This document shows positions 23,745-37,106 of a DNA stretch of 64,000 bases, one piece after another (positions within the stretch are counted from its first letter, which is position 1; each line of letters begins with the position of its first letter). The stretch spans positions 1 to 64,000 of the forward strand of contig JBLWGC010000182.1 in the NCBI GenBank assembly GCA_048772705.1. The letters run 5' to 3'. The translations under genes were made by a program, and so were the position numbers. The stretch is from Leidyana gryllorum EB-2025a. Lineage: Eukaryota; Protista; Apicomplexa. The notes under the pieces were generated by a model, which was not told the DNA's origin, did not search any database, and saw only the letters and a program-made list of their open reading frames with translations.

Positions 23745-26700
23745 ATGTACACCCTATTGGTGTTCGTTTGGTTCCTGATTGTTAAAGCTGATGACGAGTG
23801 GTCACCAGCCCAGTTCAATGGTGCTATGGCCTCTGACACGAACCCTGGAACTTACGATCAGGAATTTGCCCCAGCCAATGCGCTGACTGCAGGATCAAGT
23901 ATGTTGAACACACTAATTAGCTCACTCTAGGTTTGCATAGACTATTGGTGCTCCAACAATGGCTTGCGTACTGGCGATGAAGTGGTGTGGAAAGGTTTAT
24001 TCCGACAACCTGCCGACATCAAGGGACTGCACATCGATTGGGCACACTCCCCAGACGAGGTCAAAATTGTGGTCTCCTCCGACCACCAAAATGACGAGTG
24101 AGTCTTTAGAATTGATCGGGAAGTTTACGATGATATCAGAACTGTCATTCCCTGGCGGAAGACTTCCACATTCGAAGGTGAGCCGCCTTGAAGGTATGCA
24201 TGAAGACAAGGTTATTTAGAGGCGTTTGATGAGGTGTTCAACTTCCCGAGGACTATCGCGGCCATAGAAGTAAAAATCATCATGCGCGGTGCGAGGCACG
24301 ATTTCATCGGTATACGACACGTAAGTTGACAAAGCTGCTGTCTGATCATAAGTGTCGCCAGGTGTCACCAATAGGCGGTGGAATTGCTGTGTACATGCTA
24401 CTCTCCGGCTTGACCACTGCTGGACAAGAGCAGTGCTTGATGGTGTCGGATGGCGGCTTTCACGAGGGTGCCCATATAGCTGTTGATGAATGTACCTATG
24501 GTATTGCGGCAGGGGACGGTCGAGAGCTGTGGTATACATTACCATCCGGACAGATAGTGTCAGCTATGACAGCTCCTCCTCTGTGTTTAGTGCTTGACCC
24601 TGAAGGGGATATGACATTGCAGAATTGTGACAGTGCTCAGAACTCCGGCGATGGACGATCTCATTACAACTTCGCCCCAAACGGGCATTTGGAACTGCTG
24701 ACCAGCCCTAAACAATGCGTCTCTTTACAGGGTGCGGGTGCTGGGCTCATAGACTTGGTTGGTCTCGCCGGAGGGACCGCTGCTTCCGCGGTGGCATCAT
24801 CGGTGGCTGATGTGGACCATCAACCGTCCATGGCATTGACATCAGATCTCCGTCATTACTGGGCCAGCAGCGGATTTGAAACCTCGGGAGAGAACAACGT
24901 GATCTTCGACATCGATTTCGGGTCCGTCGTCAACATTAGCAAAGTGGAAGTCGACTGGGAATATCCTCCTCTCACTTACTCCGTGGCCCTCTCGACGAAT
25001 GGGATTGACTTCAAGTAAGCTGAACAACCTTTCGACTTGTACTCATCTTCGTTCAGCACTGTGGAAGAGGTACACGTCAATCCACTGAACCACACAGTTG
25101 ATGACATTGGTTTCCAACGAGCACGGATTCTCCGATTAGCGTTACATCGTCCGCATCCCTCTTTGGGTGAGGCCCCCAACGCAGTCACCCCTACGTGGGT
25201 GTATGGCATTCGACAAGTCCAAGCGTTGAGCCATCGAATGAGGGTATACACGAGTGACTGCGCCGAAGCTGCCCAAAGTGAGGACGCTCGGGACAAATGG
25301 TTCCGGATTGTGGCTCACAACGTGGATGCTCATCTGGCTAGAGCCTTGGCTGGTGCAAGTAAAGCCTTCAAGAATGGAATGGAAGCAGTCGAGCTGGTGG
25401 CTTCACACGTGTTGGAGTTACTGTTGGATATGGAGGAGTGCGCAGGACATGCAGAAAGTGCGAGGGCAGAAGTTGAGGAGGTCTTTGAGCGCCACAGACC
25501 GCATTTGTCTGCACGACTGCAGGAATTGCTCAACAAACGTCCTGGGCCCGGGCATTGGAGCGGCATTTTGGGGCTGTCAGACGACCATCCTGCCCGAAAC
25601 TGCCGACGAGCCAAGGAGTCTATTGGTGGCTATGCCACCGATGGTTGGTATGCGATCAAAACTCCTTGTCAAGACACTCCTCTTCGAATGTGGTGTGAAA
25701 TGGATTCCACTATTGGCTATTATCTGTACAATGATACTGACACCCATGACGAGCTGACTGACACTGTCGACCTCGAGAAATTCTGTGCACTCAAAGGTCT
25801 GGAGCCGTTGAAGATCAGGAGCGTACGGGAGTATCAATCCTTCAGAGATATGCTCATCTCTCAAGACGCCCCCATGGACTTTGAGGGTATCATCCCACTG
25901 GCCTTTGACTTTGGATGCGCCATCGGCAATTGTAAAGGCACTTTCTACGACCTTGGCACATTGGAAGACACCACTGCGTAAGCTGGATACCCATTTGGCT
26001 GAACACACTCTTTTGGCAGGCTTTTCCATCGTTACCTCACAGCTGGAACTCAATCGCTCGAGAAGAATGATGCACTGGCATTGATCAACTTGGAGCCCAC
26101 CGGGGTAGATCTCGTGAAGTGGCAATCACAACGATTGGCTGGCGTTGGGTGTTCCAGTCCAGGACTCAATAACGGATACGCGTAAGTCTCGTTCATACAA
26201 GCTACGCAAGAATGTCACCATGTTACTTTACAGATATACCGCGAGGCTGGAGTGTCACACTACAGTGGCCGAGAGTGGTATCTTCGTCGGAGGGTTGAAT
26301 ACTAACTTCAGAGTCACTTGTCCGCATGATTGTGCTATGACCCATCAGTATGAGGTGTATGGTGGCGAGGACAATGTGTATGCTGATAAGTCGTCCATCT
26401 GCCGTGCGGCGCTACACGCTGGCTTGGATCTAACGGAGTTCAACGTTGCTCTGGAGACGGCTCACAAACATTATCCCTCGGTGCCGCGAAATGGCGTTGA
26501 GTCGAAGGCTCTTTCGGCAAGGACTCGATTTGCTATCCGATTGAGTCCGCTACCCCTGATGTGTCCGATAACGGATGTTTCAAGCAGCTTAGGCCGCCTG
26601 GAGTCCGTACCTCCTGCCAGGAAGCCTGCTGGGGACACCATTGGAGCAACTCTTACCTTCGACTCAGGTTTTGCGCAAGGTGCAGCTAGACTAGTGGCAG

Positions 26701-28233
26701 AGGCTCTCATGGCTTCATATGCTAATTCGGTAAGGAGTGTGTCGCTGAAGAAGTCATTGTCTCATATCACATACAGCGCCCGAATGAATTAACAGACAAG
26801 ACCGCGAATTATACGATGGAGCTTACTCAGCAGTTCACGAAAATGGACGACACCGCGATGCATCTCATTCGTCAATCTTTGACAGCCACTTTGATGGCAG
26901 GTCGAGGAAAGATCAAGCCCATCGAGACCACGGTCGGACGCCTTCGTGACACCACGATGCAGCAAATTCCCTCGACACATCGGCTGACGGAGAAGATCTT
27001 CCAAACCACAGTGAGTTTTCATCTCTCCCGTATCCCACTGATGATTTTCCGCAGGGCCAATTGTTCGGCGAAGTTGAAGACATCAAGAGGCAGAAGGAGT
27101 CTTTCGAGCACCGAATTGATCTCATTAAAGGCTTCACGTCATGGGTGTTGGATTACCAGGCTTTTGCCAAAGGTAGAGCTTTCCCCGAGTTGTTTGAGAA
27201 AGTGGACTATACCGGAGACTCTGAATGGCTCTTCACAGCTGAAGCTCCTCAACGGTTGCACCAAGATCCGTCCATCATTGTCGAGACCAGAGCTATTGTT
27301 CGTCAAACGAGTCTCTTGTCCATCGATGGAGAATTCTTTGATGCCGCATTTGGCTACGTCAAGCACCGCGTTTTCTACGATTTCAAGTATAAAGTGGATG
27401 TTTTGGCCCATTCTCCGGAGGACCTTGTCGCAGTGCTCTTCCGCGTCAAAGATCGAAGAAGTTTCTATGCTCTAATGATCGAGGTCTTTGAGAAGCACGC
27501 CGAATTCAAGCTCTTCAGAGTCCAAGGGGGTTTGCTGAGAACTATCGCAGGTCCTGTCACTTCACAAGCTGTCCGCGCAAACGAATGGTTTACCGTTATG
27601 ATTGAGACCAAGCGTGGGGCATTACGTGCTGCTATTCTGCCCCAAGAGTACAGTTCTGGTGCTGAGGCCGCAATGCGAGAAAAATTGCGAGCTCATGGAC
27701 AGGGGGAAACGACGGCTGAAGGGGATGATGACCTAGATTGGGAAGAAGATGTGGAGGATGAATATGACGAGGACGACGACGAAGAGGAGGAAGCACCGAG
27801 CGACAAGCCAACAGTCGTCTTATTCGAAGTGATCGACGAATTTCATGTAAGTCACCATCCTTAGTCTCAGTACCCTCATACAATCTCTCTTTCTCAGAGC
27901 ATGGGGTCTGTCGGAGTCGGTGTGGTGAAGAGCAGAGGTCCCGTATACTTTGACACCCCTGCAGTGGATACTCAGTGTTGCAGTTCGTGCAACATCCGCC
28001 CAAGCTCCATCGTTTTCCCACACTTACGGCCACTCAGCGGTGACTTGGAACCCCACGACGAAGAGGAGGACGATTTAGACGAGAGTACCGATGAGGGAGA
28101 CGATGAGGATTACGAAGATGACGAGACTTCGGAAGAGGAAGGATATGGGGAGGGGGCAGAGGACCTGCACTTCTACCTGCAGCCGCCCGAATTGTTGGGT
28201 GCAGTCCGAAGACATGATCCGAGATCACGATGA
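23745..28233 (+). CDS. Apicomplexan CCp1/CCp2-like LCCL multidomain secreted protein; many short introns, 3' end approximate
   Basis: Signal peptide MYTLLVFVWFLIVKA; discoidin-like (YWCS, HYWAS..IDFG); ricin-like (LCLVL..LQNC); NEC/fibrinogen-like (PARNC..DGWY..RMWCEMD); LCCL (CPHDC..VYG..YADKSSICRAALHAG); levanase-like lectin domain (VLFRVKD..FY). Confidence 0.88.
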
Positions 28234-28653
28234 GCAATGTGATCGGTTTGTTGCTCGGTAGTGAAGCATGAAGTCAACTTTGAGGCTTGAAGACATGCAC
28301 CTCAGCGAACATGCGGCTGCTTAATCCTCTCAACGCGCTGCTGATGTCCTCTATGGCCGCTTCCTTAAAGTTGCTGAAATTTGGGCAGCACGAGAAGGCC
28401 CAAATTGGACGTCAATTCCGACATATTCCGGAGTTGACCCTCTCGATGAAGGATCAACCACACTTGTTCATGATGGCTTACACTACGAAAGCACTGGGCA
28501 CACAGGAATGGATTGATTTGCGTGTGATGTCGCTGATTGTGCAGCAGACCGCGAAGATTGTGCTGTTAGCCGACATGACGCCTCAGCGTGTGACTGCCAT
28601 CCTCAACTCTCCACTCACAAATATCTAGGCAAATTTGGTGTTTTTGAGGAAGG

Positions 28654-31231
28654 ATGCCTCGCAGTCATGCACCCCATCAGGGGTTCAGTATAGCGTTGGT
28701 ACCAGATCCCTTTTTATGGTCACAGGAATTCGATGTGGCCGATCCGAAGATCAATGAGCAGCATAATGATATTATGAAAGGAGTGAACCTGGTGGCTCAA
28801 GACGTGACGAATGTGGCGGCTTTGGACGACCTATACAAAGTGCTACAGAACCACTTTGAGACTGAGGAGGCTTTGATGGATCGATTGCTGATCGAGCAGC
28901 GCCGGTTATTGGCGGAGTATCACTCGGCCCATCGCGATTATAGTCCTTCGATGTCGTCTTTTGCCTCGAGTAACTCCGATTCATACCGCCCACCTCCCCA
29001 TGGGCGCACTCGCAGCCGGATGATGAGTGATGACGAAGATCCGAGTCGCAAGAACGTGACTTTTGAAAATCATCATCGATCTTTCGACCCGATTTTTGAT
29101 GCGGAGATCGTGATTTGGACTGGTCAGTTAGAGGGCGAACATGCACGAGTTGATCTGAGAGATTGTATGCTAACCCAGAAAGGGATTGAGGCGCATAAGC
29201 TGAAGCACGCTGTATTTTTAGAAGACGCTTTGCTAGTAAAGCGAAGGTAAAGGGTCTTGTGGGGGGGTTTGGGGGATGAAAGGCTTGTATGTGGCAGATT
29301 ACTGCGGAACCTCGAGATGGACGCAAGTAAGATGGGGGCCACTTTGGAAGGCACTGGGCCGTATTCGCCTTTCACTGACCCGTATAATGGGAACGCTAGT
29401 GGCTCGTCAGAGCTTAGTTTCATCAAGGTAGGGGTGGAGGAGTACGGAAGTGTTTGTTGATGGGGTCTTTGCAGAATTGGTACGCTCAGCATGTCAAGAC
29501 GGAGGACATGGCGATAAAACACTCAATCACGTTGTGTACGCGGCTATCGGCGTACTTACAGAGTATGAAGGTGGACGCCTTCTCGTTGGGCCTCGGATCC
29601 GTATCGATGGAGGGGATGTCAACAACGGCAGGTGGAGCTCCGCTGTCAAAATTACGCAACTCACAATCTGGGAGCTCAGGCGCCCCAGCGGGAGGCAAGA
29701 TCCAACAGACTACTGCCCTACCCAGTGTTCAAGCACCTTCGTCGCAAATCGCAGAATTGAAGGCGAGTAAAGATTCGTTTACAGACGTGGAGGCTTGGTT
29801 GCGTACGACTCCGGAGCCGCATGTCGCGACGGCGAGATCGTGGTTGGCCGCTATTCAGTACAACTCTGTGATGGGTTTGTTGTTATTGAGACCTCCGAGT
29901 GGGTCAAACAGCAATGTGCGGATGGCGATGGGAAGTCTTTCTTGGGGTCTCTTGACTGGCTATGAGCCTTGGGAAGTGTCTGGACAAGATTTTGGCCCTT
30001 TACTCCACCAGTCCAAAGCCAACGAAATGATTCTCGCTATCCAGCGCTGGTGCTTGGAGTGAGTGCATTCTATTGTTGCGAAGGGTATATGAGCGATTCT
30101 ATAGCTTGAAGGAGCCAATTCAGGAAGCTCAGCCGCCGATTGCCACGTCTATCATTCGAATGGTCCCCTTTGTTCACAGAAGTGGTGAGTGGAAGATTGA
30201 GGTGCAACTTGTTGCTATATGGCTGCTGGGCTTCGACCAGGCGGGAGAGCGACAGCTTTAATGTGTATCATTGCGGTTCAAGTCCGATCAGCTTTTGTCA
30301 AGAGTGAGGGACTGTCACTCTTATGTTTCTTTTTCCGTCCGCGGCAAGCCGTGGCATCAGATATGCCAGGCGACGCGGGGAGAGCAGATTTGTTGGCGAT
30401 GACGCAAGCGCGTCAGCAGCCGCTTCTGGGCTTCTCATTCTTCAATGTTCCGGATATAAAGGTGAGAAAAGACGCGAAGAGATGGCATAGTGACTGCAGT
30501 CAATGCGAGAGGCCGCGGTGACGAGCAGCGAACGCGTGCGAAAGTGGCGTTTCATGCCGTTGGGCAATGAGAGTGTGCGACACTGCATCGAGTATGCGTG
30601 TTACGCTGCCATCCACAATGGATTGGTGGCTTCAGAGTTGGCGGCGGAATGCAAGATTTATCCGTCTCCACGGTTGGCGGCTCAACGAGCGGCGAACAGT
30701 TTGGCCACACAGAGACGACTACGACAATTAATGATGAACTATCTGAGCCCACCACCGATGACAGCGGTACAGTCACCTCTGGAAGACAATACCAACATCT
30801 TCTCCGACAATGGTTCCGAAGCTTCTGGTCCATTGCCATCACAAGCGGACTCTGTGCGACCTCAAGGCGACACTCAAGTTGATTCTGATTCGGACGGTAA
30901 AGAGTTTGGTGGTCCCACTACAGCAATGAGCTCTCCGCGTCGGACCAATCACCGTTTGGACGACGGGGAAGACGACGACTCGTCTTCATCAGACCGCGCT
31001 CCGAGTCGCACATCTGCCAAAGTGCCCGAGACAGCACCGGCCGCAGCCAAACCCGTCAAGAAAACAATCTGGCAGGAACTCGGATTCAATCTACCTGTTG
31101 ATCGTGTTAAGAAGCAGCCTGAAGGACCTGCTAGATCCAAGACCCGTAGAAAGAAGAAGACTGGACACAAGAAAGGGCACAAAGGGTCTAAACATAAGAA
31201 GAGACCGCGTAAATCGACAGCTGATGCATGA
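28654..31231 (+). CDS. Hemerythrin (myohemerythrin-like) + PAS-like domain protein with Lys-rich C-terminus; introns 29247-29297, 29428-29474 and others
   Basis: VPDPFLWSQEFDV..INEQH, NHFETEEALM, HKLKH and spliced FIK|NWYAQHVKTED give the H/HxxxE/HxxxH/HxxxxD ligands. Then LLTGYEPWEVSGQDFGPLL (PAS) and IRMVPFVHRSG..IIAVQ (PAC-like). Confidence 0.8.
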
Positions 31232-31295
31232 GTCCCAAGAAATTAGAAATAAAGACACCACCGGAAGGTTTTCTTAATATTTTCGTACGATTCCA

Positions 31296-32782
31296 ATGGC
31301 ATCTGGTGTCTCTGCTGCAACTAACATTGAGAACGAAACCTCTCCTTTGACTAACACTGCCACTCAGTTCAGCAGATTGGCCAAAATGGTTCGTGAATCC
31401 TCAAACAGAATCAAAGTTGAGAACCCCATCGCTGAACTCGATGGTGATGAGATGACTCGCATCATCTGGAAGTGGATCAAGGAGAAACTTATCTTCCCCT
31501 ATGTCGATATCCCTATCGAATACTTTGATCTGGGAATCGAACATCGTGATGCCACTGATGATAAGGTCACTGTTGATGCAGCAGAGGCTATTAAAAGATG
31601 CCATGTTGGAATCAAGTGCGCTACCATTACTCCCGACGAAGCACGTATGCAAGAATTCAATTTGAAAAGAATGTACAGATCGCCCAACGGAACGCTACGC
31701 AATATCCTCGATGGAACTATCTTCAGAGAACCTATCCTTTGTAAGAACGTACCACTACTCATCCCTAGCTGGAAAGAACCCATCATTATCGGCCGTCACG
31801 CCTATGCTGACCAGTACAAATGCATTGATATGGTGGTTGATAAGCCCGGTACCTTTGCTATCACCTTCACACCCGCCGATGGATCCAACAAAGAAGAGTA
31901 AGCTTCACACCTCCAAATCCCTCCCCCCCAGGCTAAGACCACACCCTGAGCCCCTGACACACACAGAGACACCGATCGTTTTACCCCCTCCACACGCACC
32001 CACGGACGTCTTCCGAGTGAGTTTGCTGCTATCTTCCGTGCAGACATGTTGTTCACGAGTTCGACAATGCTGGTGGCTGCGCTTTGGGCATGTTCAACAC
32101 AGTGCCGTCCATTGAGGGCTTCGCACGGGCTAGCTTCAAGTACGCCCTGAACCGCAAGCTTCCGTTGTATTTGTCGACCAAGAACACTGTTTTGAAGAAG
32201 TACGATGGCCGTTTCAAGGATATTTTCCAGCGAATCTATGACGAAGAGTTCAAGAAGGACTTCGAAGACTTGAAGCTTTGGTATGAGCACCGCCTCATCG
32301 ACGATATGGTTGCTCAAGCCGTGAAGTCCAAGGGAGGCTTCGTTTGGGCGTGCAAGAACTATGATGGAGATGTTCAGTCGGACATTCTGGCCCAAGGGTA
32401 TGGATCTTTGGGTCTGATGACCAGTGTCCTGATGTCCCCCGACGGCAAGACGGTGGAGGCCGAGGCTGCCCACGGCACTGTGACCCGTCATTACCGTCAA
32501 TATCAGAAGGGTCTGAAGACGTCCACCAACCCAATCGCAAGCATCTTCGCTTGGACTCGTGGTTTGACTCACCGTGGGTCTCTCGATGACAACCAAAAGT
32601 TGAAGGACTTTTGCACCGCTCTGGAGGAGGCCTGTGTGGAGTGCGTAGAGTCTGGATACTATACGAAAGACCTCGCGATCTGCATCAAAGGAAATGACGT
32701 TAAGGAGTCGGACTATCTCCACACCGAGGAGTTCCTGGATCAGGTGAAGAAGGTGTTCGAGGCCAAATGGAACAAAGATTGA
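31296..32782 (+). CDS. IDH: NADP-dependent isocitrate dehydrogenase; intron 31898-32043
   Basis: [73 protein letters not shown]. Confidence 0.98.
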
Positions 32783-32934
32783 TTTTACTGTGACATTATA
32801 GACAGTGTTGAACATTTGAAACTGAGAGAGATTATATATAGAGAGAAGGACAAATATCTGAGATATACACAAAGACATGAAAGGACTACTGTCCGTGTAT
32901 AGGTGGTAGACTTTGCGCTTTCGCAACCGCCCTT

Positions 32935-34435
32935 TTATATGAGATCCATGAGAATCCCTTTACGGAGATGGCCGGTTCCACGGCTTCTGATACGTTGAGC
33001 CTCTTTGGCTGTCCCTCTAAGTGGAGCTGTTGCACTCGACCCAATCATTCCCAAACCCGGCTCGACTTCATCGAGACCGTAGTCCCCCTCAGCTTCGAGG
33101 CCAAACTGTAGTCTATTGGCTTGGCGCTGCATTTCGGACATTCCGTACTTTTCCTTGGCTCTCCGTTGCCGTTTACCACCACGGCGAGCGCGGGGACGTT
33201 CGTCAGGGATCGGCAGAATCTTTTTCATCTGAGGGGGGGGAGGTTCTTGGTGCTTTTTGAGTGTTTCCAAAATCTTCTCCCGCAGCTTCTTCCCAATCGC
33301 GTCTGATCTCTGGTACTTGTAGAAGTCACTACGGGCTGCTATGCCGCACTTTCCAGCCATCAACCGCAAAGCTCTCCCTTTCAATTGCTTTGGCGCATTT
33401 TGAACAATGTCACTGTGCCAAATGACACCGTATCCCCGCCCGCTTCGCTTAGCCAGATTCGGCAGCACAGAGGAACTACCGCCGTGGCTAAATGCCGACT
33501 GCGTCTTGCTGAATGCCGACCCGCCAACGTTGAGAATGTTCTGCGCGGGCATATCGGCAAGCTGTTTCAAGGAGCCACCATGCGTCACCAAGCGCGCCGC
33601 GAGCGATGGTCCAGCCAGAGCCGTCAGGTTGGGGGCCATGATACTCATATGAATCTCAATGTAATTGAGAATGACTTTTCGGCACTCGACCATTTTGTTA
33701 ACCTCTTCCGCGGCGTCCAAGACTCGCAGGAGCTCAGCTTGGCTCAATCTATGCCCCACAGTCACGGACATTGCCACAGTGATTTGCATAATAACTGGGT
33801 TGGGTAAAATGTCGTCCATCTTGTACACCAAGTCCATATCCAAATCATTCTGGAGACGAGTCACCGCCCCCACATAGTCCAGTGGCGCCGTCACTATGGT
33901 CTCCAACTCGGGAAACCGCTTATTGTAGATATCCCGGATATGTCTGGAAACATCCGAGATGAAAGGGGGAAGGCCAGAGGGCACAGGGGTGTAAGGGGGC
34001 ACGGGCACAGAACCAGACACACACACACAGACACACACAGTGGGGACTCATGAAGACGCACCTGTATACAGTGAGTATTTCTTGGTCCACTTCCGCCAGG
34101 GCAGCATTACATTTGGTCAAATTGTCTACCAGAAGGGAACGAGATACTTCCTCTTCCGACATTGCAGAAGAACCCTTGTCAATGGCGGCTCGCAATGTAT
34201 CGAGGAACTCGTTGAATTGAGGATTCTCCAGTAGTGCTGTAAGCGCCTCTTTCGGTCGCTGGCGGGCTTCGATATATAAAGCAACAGCATCCGGTATTAC
34301 ACATTCCGCCGGTTCGTCCTCTGCCATATCATTATTCTCGCCATTGACCTCTGCATTCGAGGCAACGTCCTCATCACTCGAGCCTTCTGAAGCATCCAGA
34401 TCCCTGAGGAAGTCCTCTGCCAGCTGGTTGGACAT
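32935..34435 (-). CDS. PRPF31: U4/U6 snRNP protein PRP31 (Nop domain); intron about 33966-34065, 3' end approximate
   Basis: YNKRFPELE, APNLTALAG, LADMPAQNI, IAARSD, KILPIPDERPRARRGGKRQRRAKE, ANRLQFG. Confidence 0.93.
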
Positions 34436-34522
34436 CCCTTCAGAGACAGAACATGCACAGCCTCAAACAATTTACAAGGGGGCCAAAAAAAAGTCTGAGG
34501 GAGGCCTCGGTACGTCTGAGCT

Positions 34523-35223
34523 ATGTCGAGTCACAAGGTAAGTATGCACCCCAACTATCGTCGAAATTTGTCCGTATAGGAAGTTGTCATTGATGGGAAA
34601 GGCCACTTGACCGGTCGTCTCGCCGCTATCGTGGCCAAGAGGCTTTTGGAGGGTGAGCACATCACCGTTGTCCGCTGTGAGGAGATGCACACCTCTGGCT
34701 CTCTCTTCCGCAACAAGCGTAAGTATACCAAAAACCTCCGACTGTCACTCCAAACTATCGCTCCACAGTCAAATACCTCGCTTTCCTGCGCAAGAAGTCC
34801 AACTCTAACCCTCGGATCCACTCGCACATCCACTACCGCGAGCCGAGCAAGATGTTCAAGAGAGTCGTCCGTGGTATGCTCCCCCACAAGACTCCCCGCG
34901 GTGCCGCTGCTCTCAAGCGTCTGACCACCGTCGAAGGTGTCCCAGGCAAATGGAACATGCAGAAGCGTCTCGTCGCTCCTGAGGCCCTGACCCATCTTCG
35001 TATCAAGCCCGATATGGCCACCTGCCGTCTGGGCGATCTCGCTAGCGAGGTTGGCTGGAAGCACGATGCCGTCGTGAAGCGTCTCGAAGAGAAGCGTAAG
35101 GTCAAGTCGCACGAGCGTTGGGAGAAGCGCCGCGCCGCTGCCAAGGAATTCGCCCTGAAGAGAACCGCTGCTATTCAGAACGCTCCCGAGGACGTCAAGA
35201 AAGCTCTTGCCTTCTCATTTTAG
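34523..35223 (+). CDS. RPL13A: 60S ribosomal protein uL13 (L13a); two introns
   Basis: MSSHK|[53 protein letters not shown]. Confidence 0.97.
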
Positions 35224-35332
35224 ATCGTTCCAGTAGTGCAACCAACAAACAACGACTCAACATCTCAGACGGAATACAGCAACTGACCATCTGGTCACCC
35301 TTCCACAGCTACATAAATTCACAGATTTCACA

Positions 35333-37106
35333 ATGAGCAACGTCCGGACCGTCAATTATACCTCTGGCCGTACGGGACCAGCTGCTAAGTCCGTGGTATT
35401 GAAGATCTCAGATCAAGTAAGATTGCAAACACGTGTGCTCAACCAATCTTGGGACGCGTAGCGTGATGTTGGACGAGTGATTGGTCGCGGTGGCGCCACC
35501 ATCAAGCAGCTGCAACGGGATAGTGGAGCTCGCATTTCGGTCAAAGATGATAGCGTCACCATCTCGGGTGACCAGGCCGCGATAACGTGAGCTTGACTCC
35601 TGGCAGCATTAAAGGTTGTGACAGGGAAGCGAGCTTTTTGGTTCAGAGGATTATTGGCGGTCCCAATGTACGCTGCCTGAAAGACCTCGAGGAGGGAATG
35701 GTGGGATACTTGTCGAATGCCGAGGAGTGGTTGGTGGAGTTGATGGAGAAGTACAACGTCGGCATTGAATTGAGCAGACGCGATTTGATAATTGAAGCCG
35801 AGGATCAGCACCTGGATGCCCTGGACACGGTGCAGCAGATCATCGAGCAGCGACTACAGGAACAACTGGAACAAGTCAAAGTGACAGTAGACGTGTTCGA
35901 TTTGTCCAAATTGCCTGAGGTCTTCAAGGATCCTATCATCGTCAGTTTGCGGGAAATGGGAAGTTTGACGGTGAGTTATGTTGGTAGCGGTGGATAGCGG
36001 TGTTAGGTGGACATTGTCAAAGGAGACACTGGGACCACTGTCGAGTTATCAGGTCCAGGAATCACGGTTGAGGAAGCCCAAACTGCTGTACAGAACATCC
36101 TGTCCAACGAACAGACGAGTGCGATAGTCCATATTGTTGCGGGTCTCTTAGTACAAGTTGACGAGGCGCAGGGGCAAGACTTCGCTGACGACATTGTGGA
36201 TCACGTTGAGCGGAGATACCATTGCCGCGTCCAGTACACGTGGGGCGGAAATCGGATCGACATCCGTATGGACCCGACCATGGGTCGCCAGGAGGATCTG
36301 CCCGCTGCCGTCCGTACTGTACAAGAGCTGCTGATATACTATTACTCTGATTGGTGTGCAATGTTCTACATTCGCCCATTGTTGGCTGTGGACTATGTTT
36401 GCGGCAAAGAGGAAGCCGAATTGGTAAGTGAACACTGGTTTATGGTTGCTATCATTCACAAGGTACGCTATCAAACTCGAGATTGCGTGGTGAGCTTCAA
36501 CCGTCGAGATGCCACGATTTGGATCTGTGGCGAGCCCCGTCTCGTGGAGATGGCTTGCAATAGGTATGATTCGGTCACTTTTTGTGCTATGATGATGCTG
36601 CTGGGCGCAGATTTGATCAATCGCTGACAAATTGGAACAACTGTCACCGTCTGGTTCAGTTGCCAAGTGACTCTCGAGTGAAAGGATGGATTGTGGGCCC
36701 CGGTGGTGAGAACCTTCGTCGACTACAGATGGAAAGTGGTGCCAGCATTACGATCGAAGGTAAGACACTTTGTCGATCGAAAGCAAGAGAGAAGCTTATT
36801 GGCAACTTGATGGGCACTCTTTCACTCATTGCTGCCCCTCTTTCTGCATTCTCCGGCTCATTCGTTGGTTCCACATCAGAGAACATTGTGCTCATTGGAG
36901 GTCAGCGAGAGGAAATGGAGAAGGCTGTTGCAGGCGTGAAGGGCGTCATCTCGGCCTGGGAGCAAAGAAATTCGTCATCGGGCGGCGGTTACTATGGAAA
37001 TTCGTCGTCGTCTCCATCACCTCAACAGTATTCGTATCCCCCGACTCCCGGACGCGGGGGTTTCCGCCGAGGAGGACGGGGAGGTGGTCACAACTATCGG
37101 TACTAA
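35333..37106 (+). CDS. Multi-KH-domain RNA-binding protein with C-terminal RGG box; multi-exon
   Basis: VGRVIGRGGATIKQLQRDSGARI and KGWIVGPGGENLRRLQMESGASI (KH GxxG loops); GRGGFRRGGRGG tail. Confidence 0.85.

Noticed and set aside
28287-28628. Small ORF between the CCp and hemerythrin genes
   Set aside because: Two competing frames and no motif; I cannot tell whether it is a gene, a terminal CCp exon or UTR.
31802-32926. 374-aa minus-strand ORF
   Set aside because: Antisense shadow of the codon-biased IDH exon; the same applies to 34555-35112 opposite uL13.
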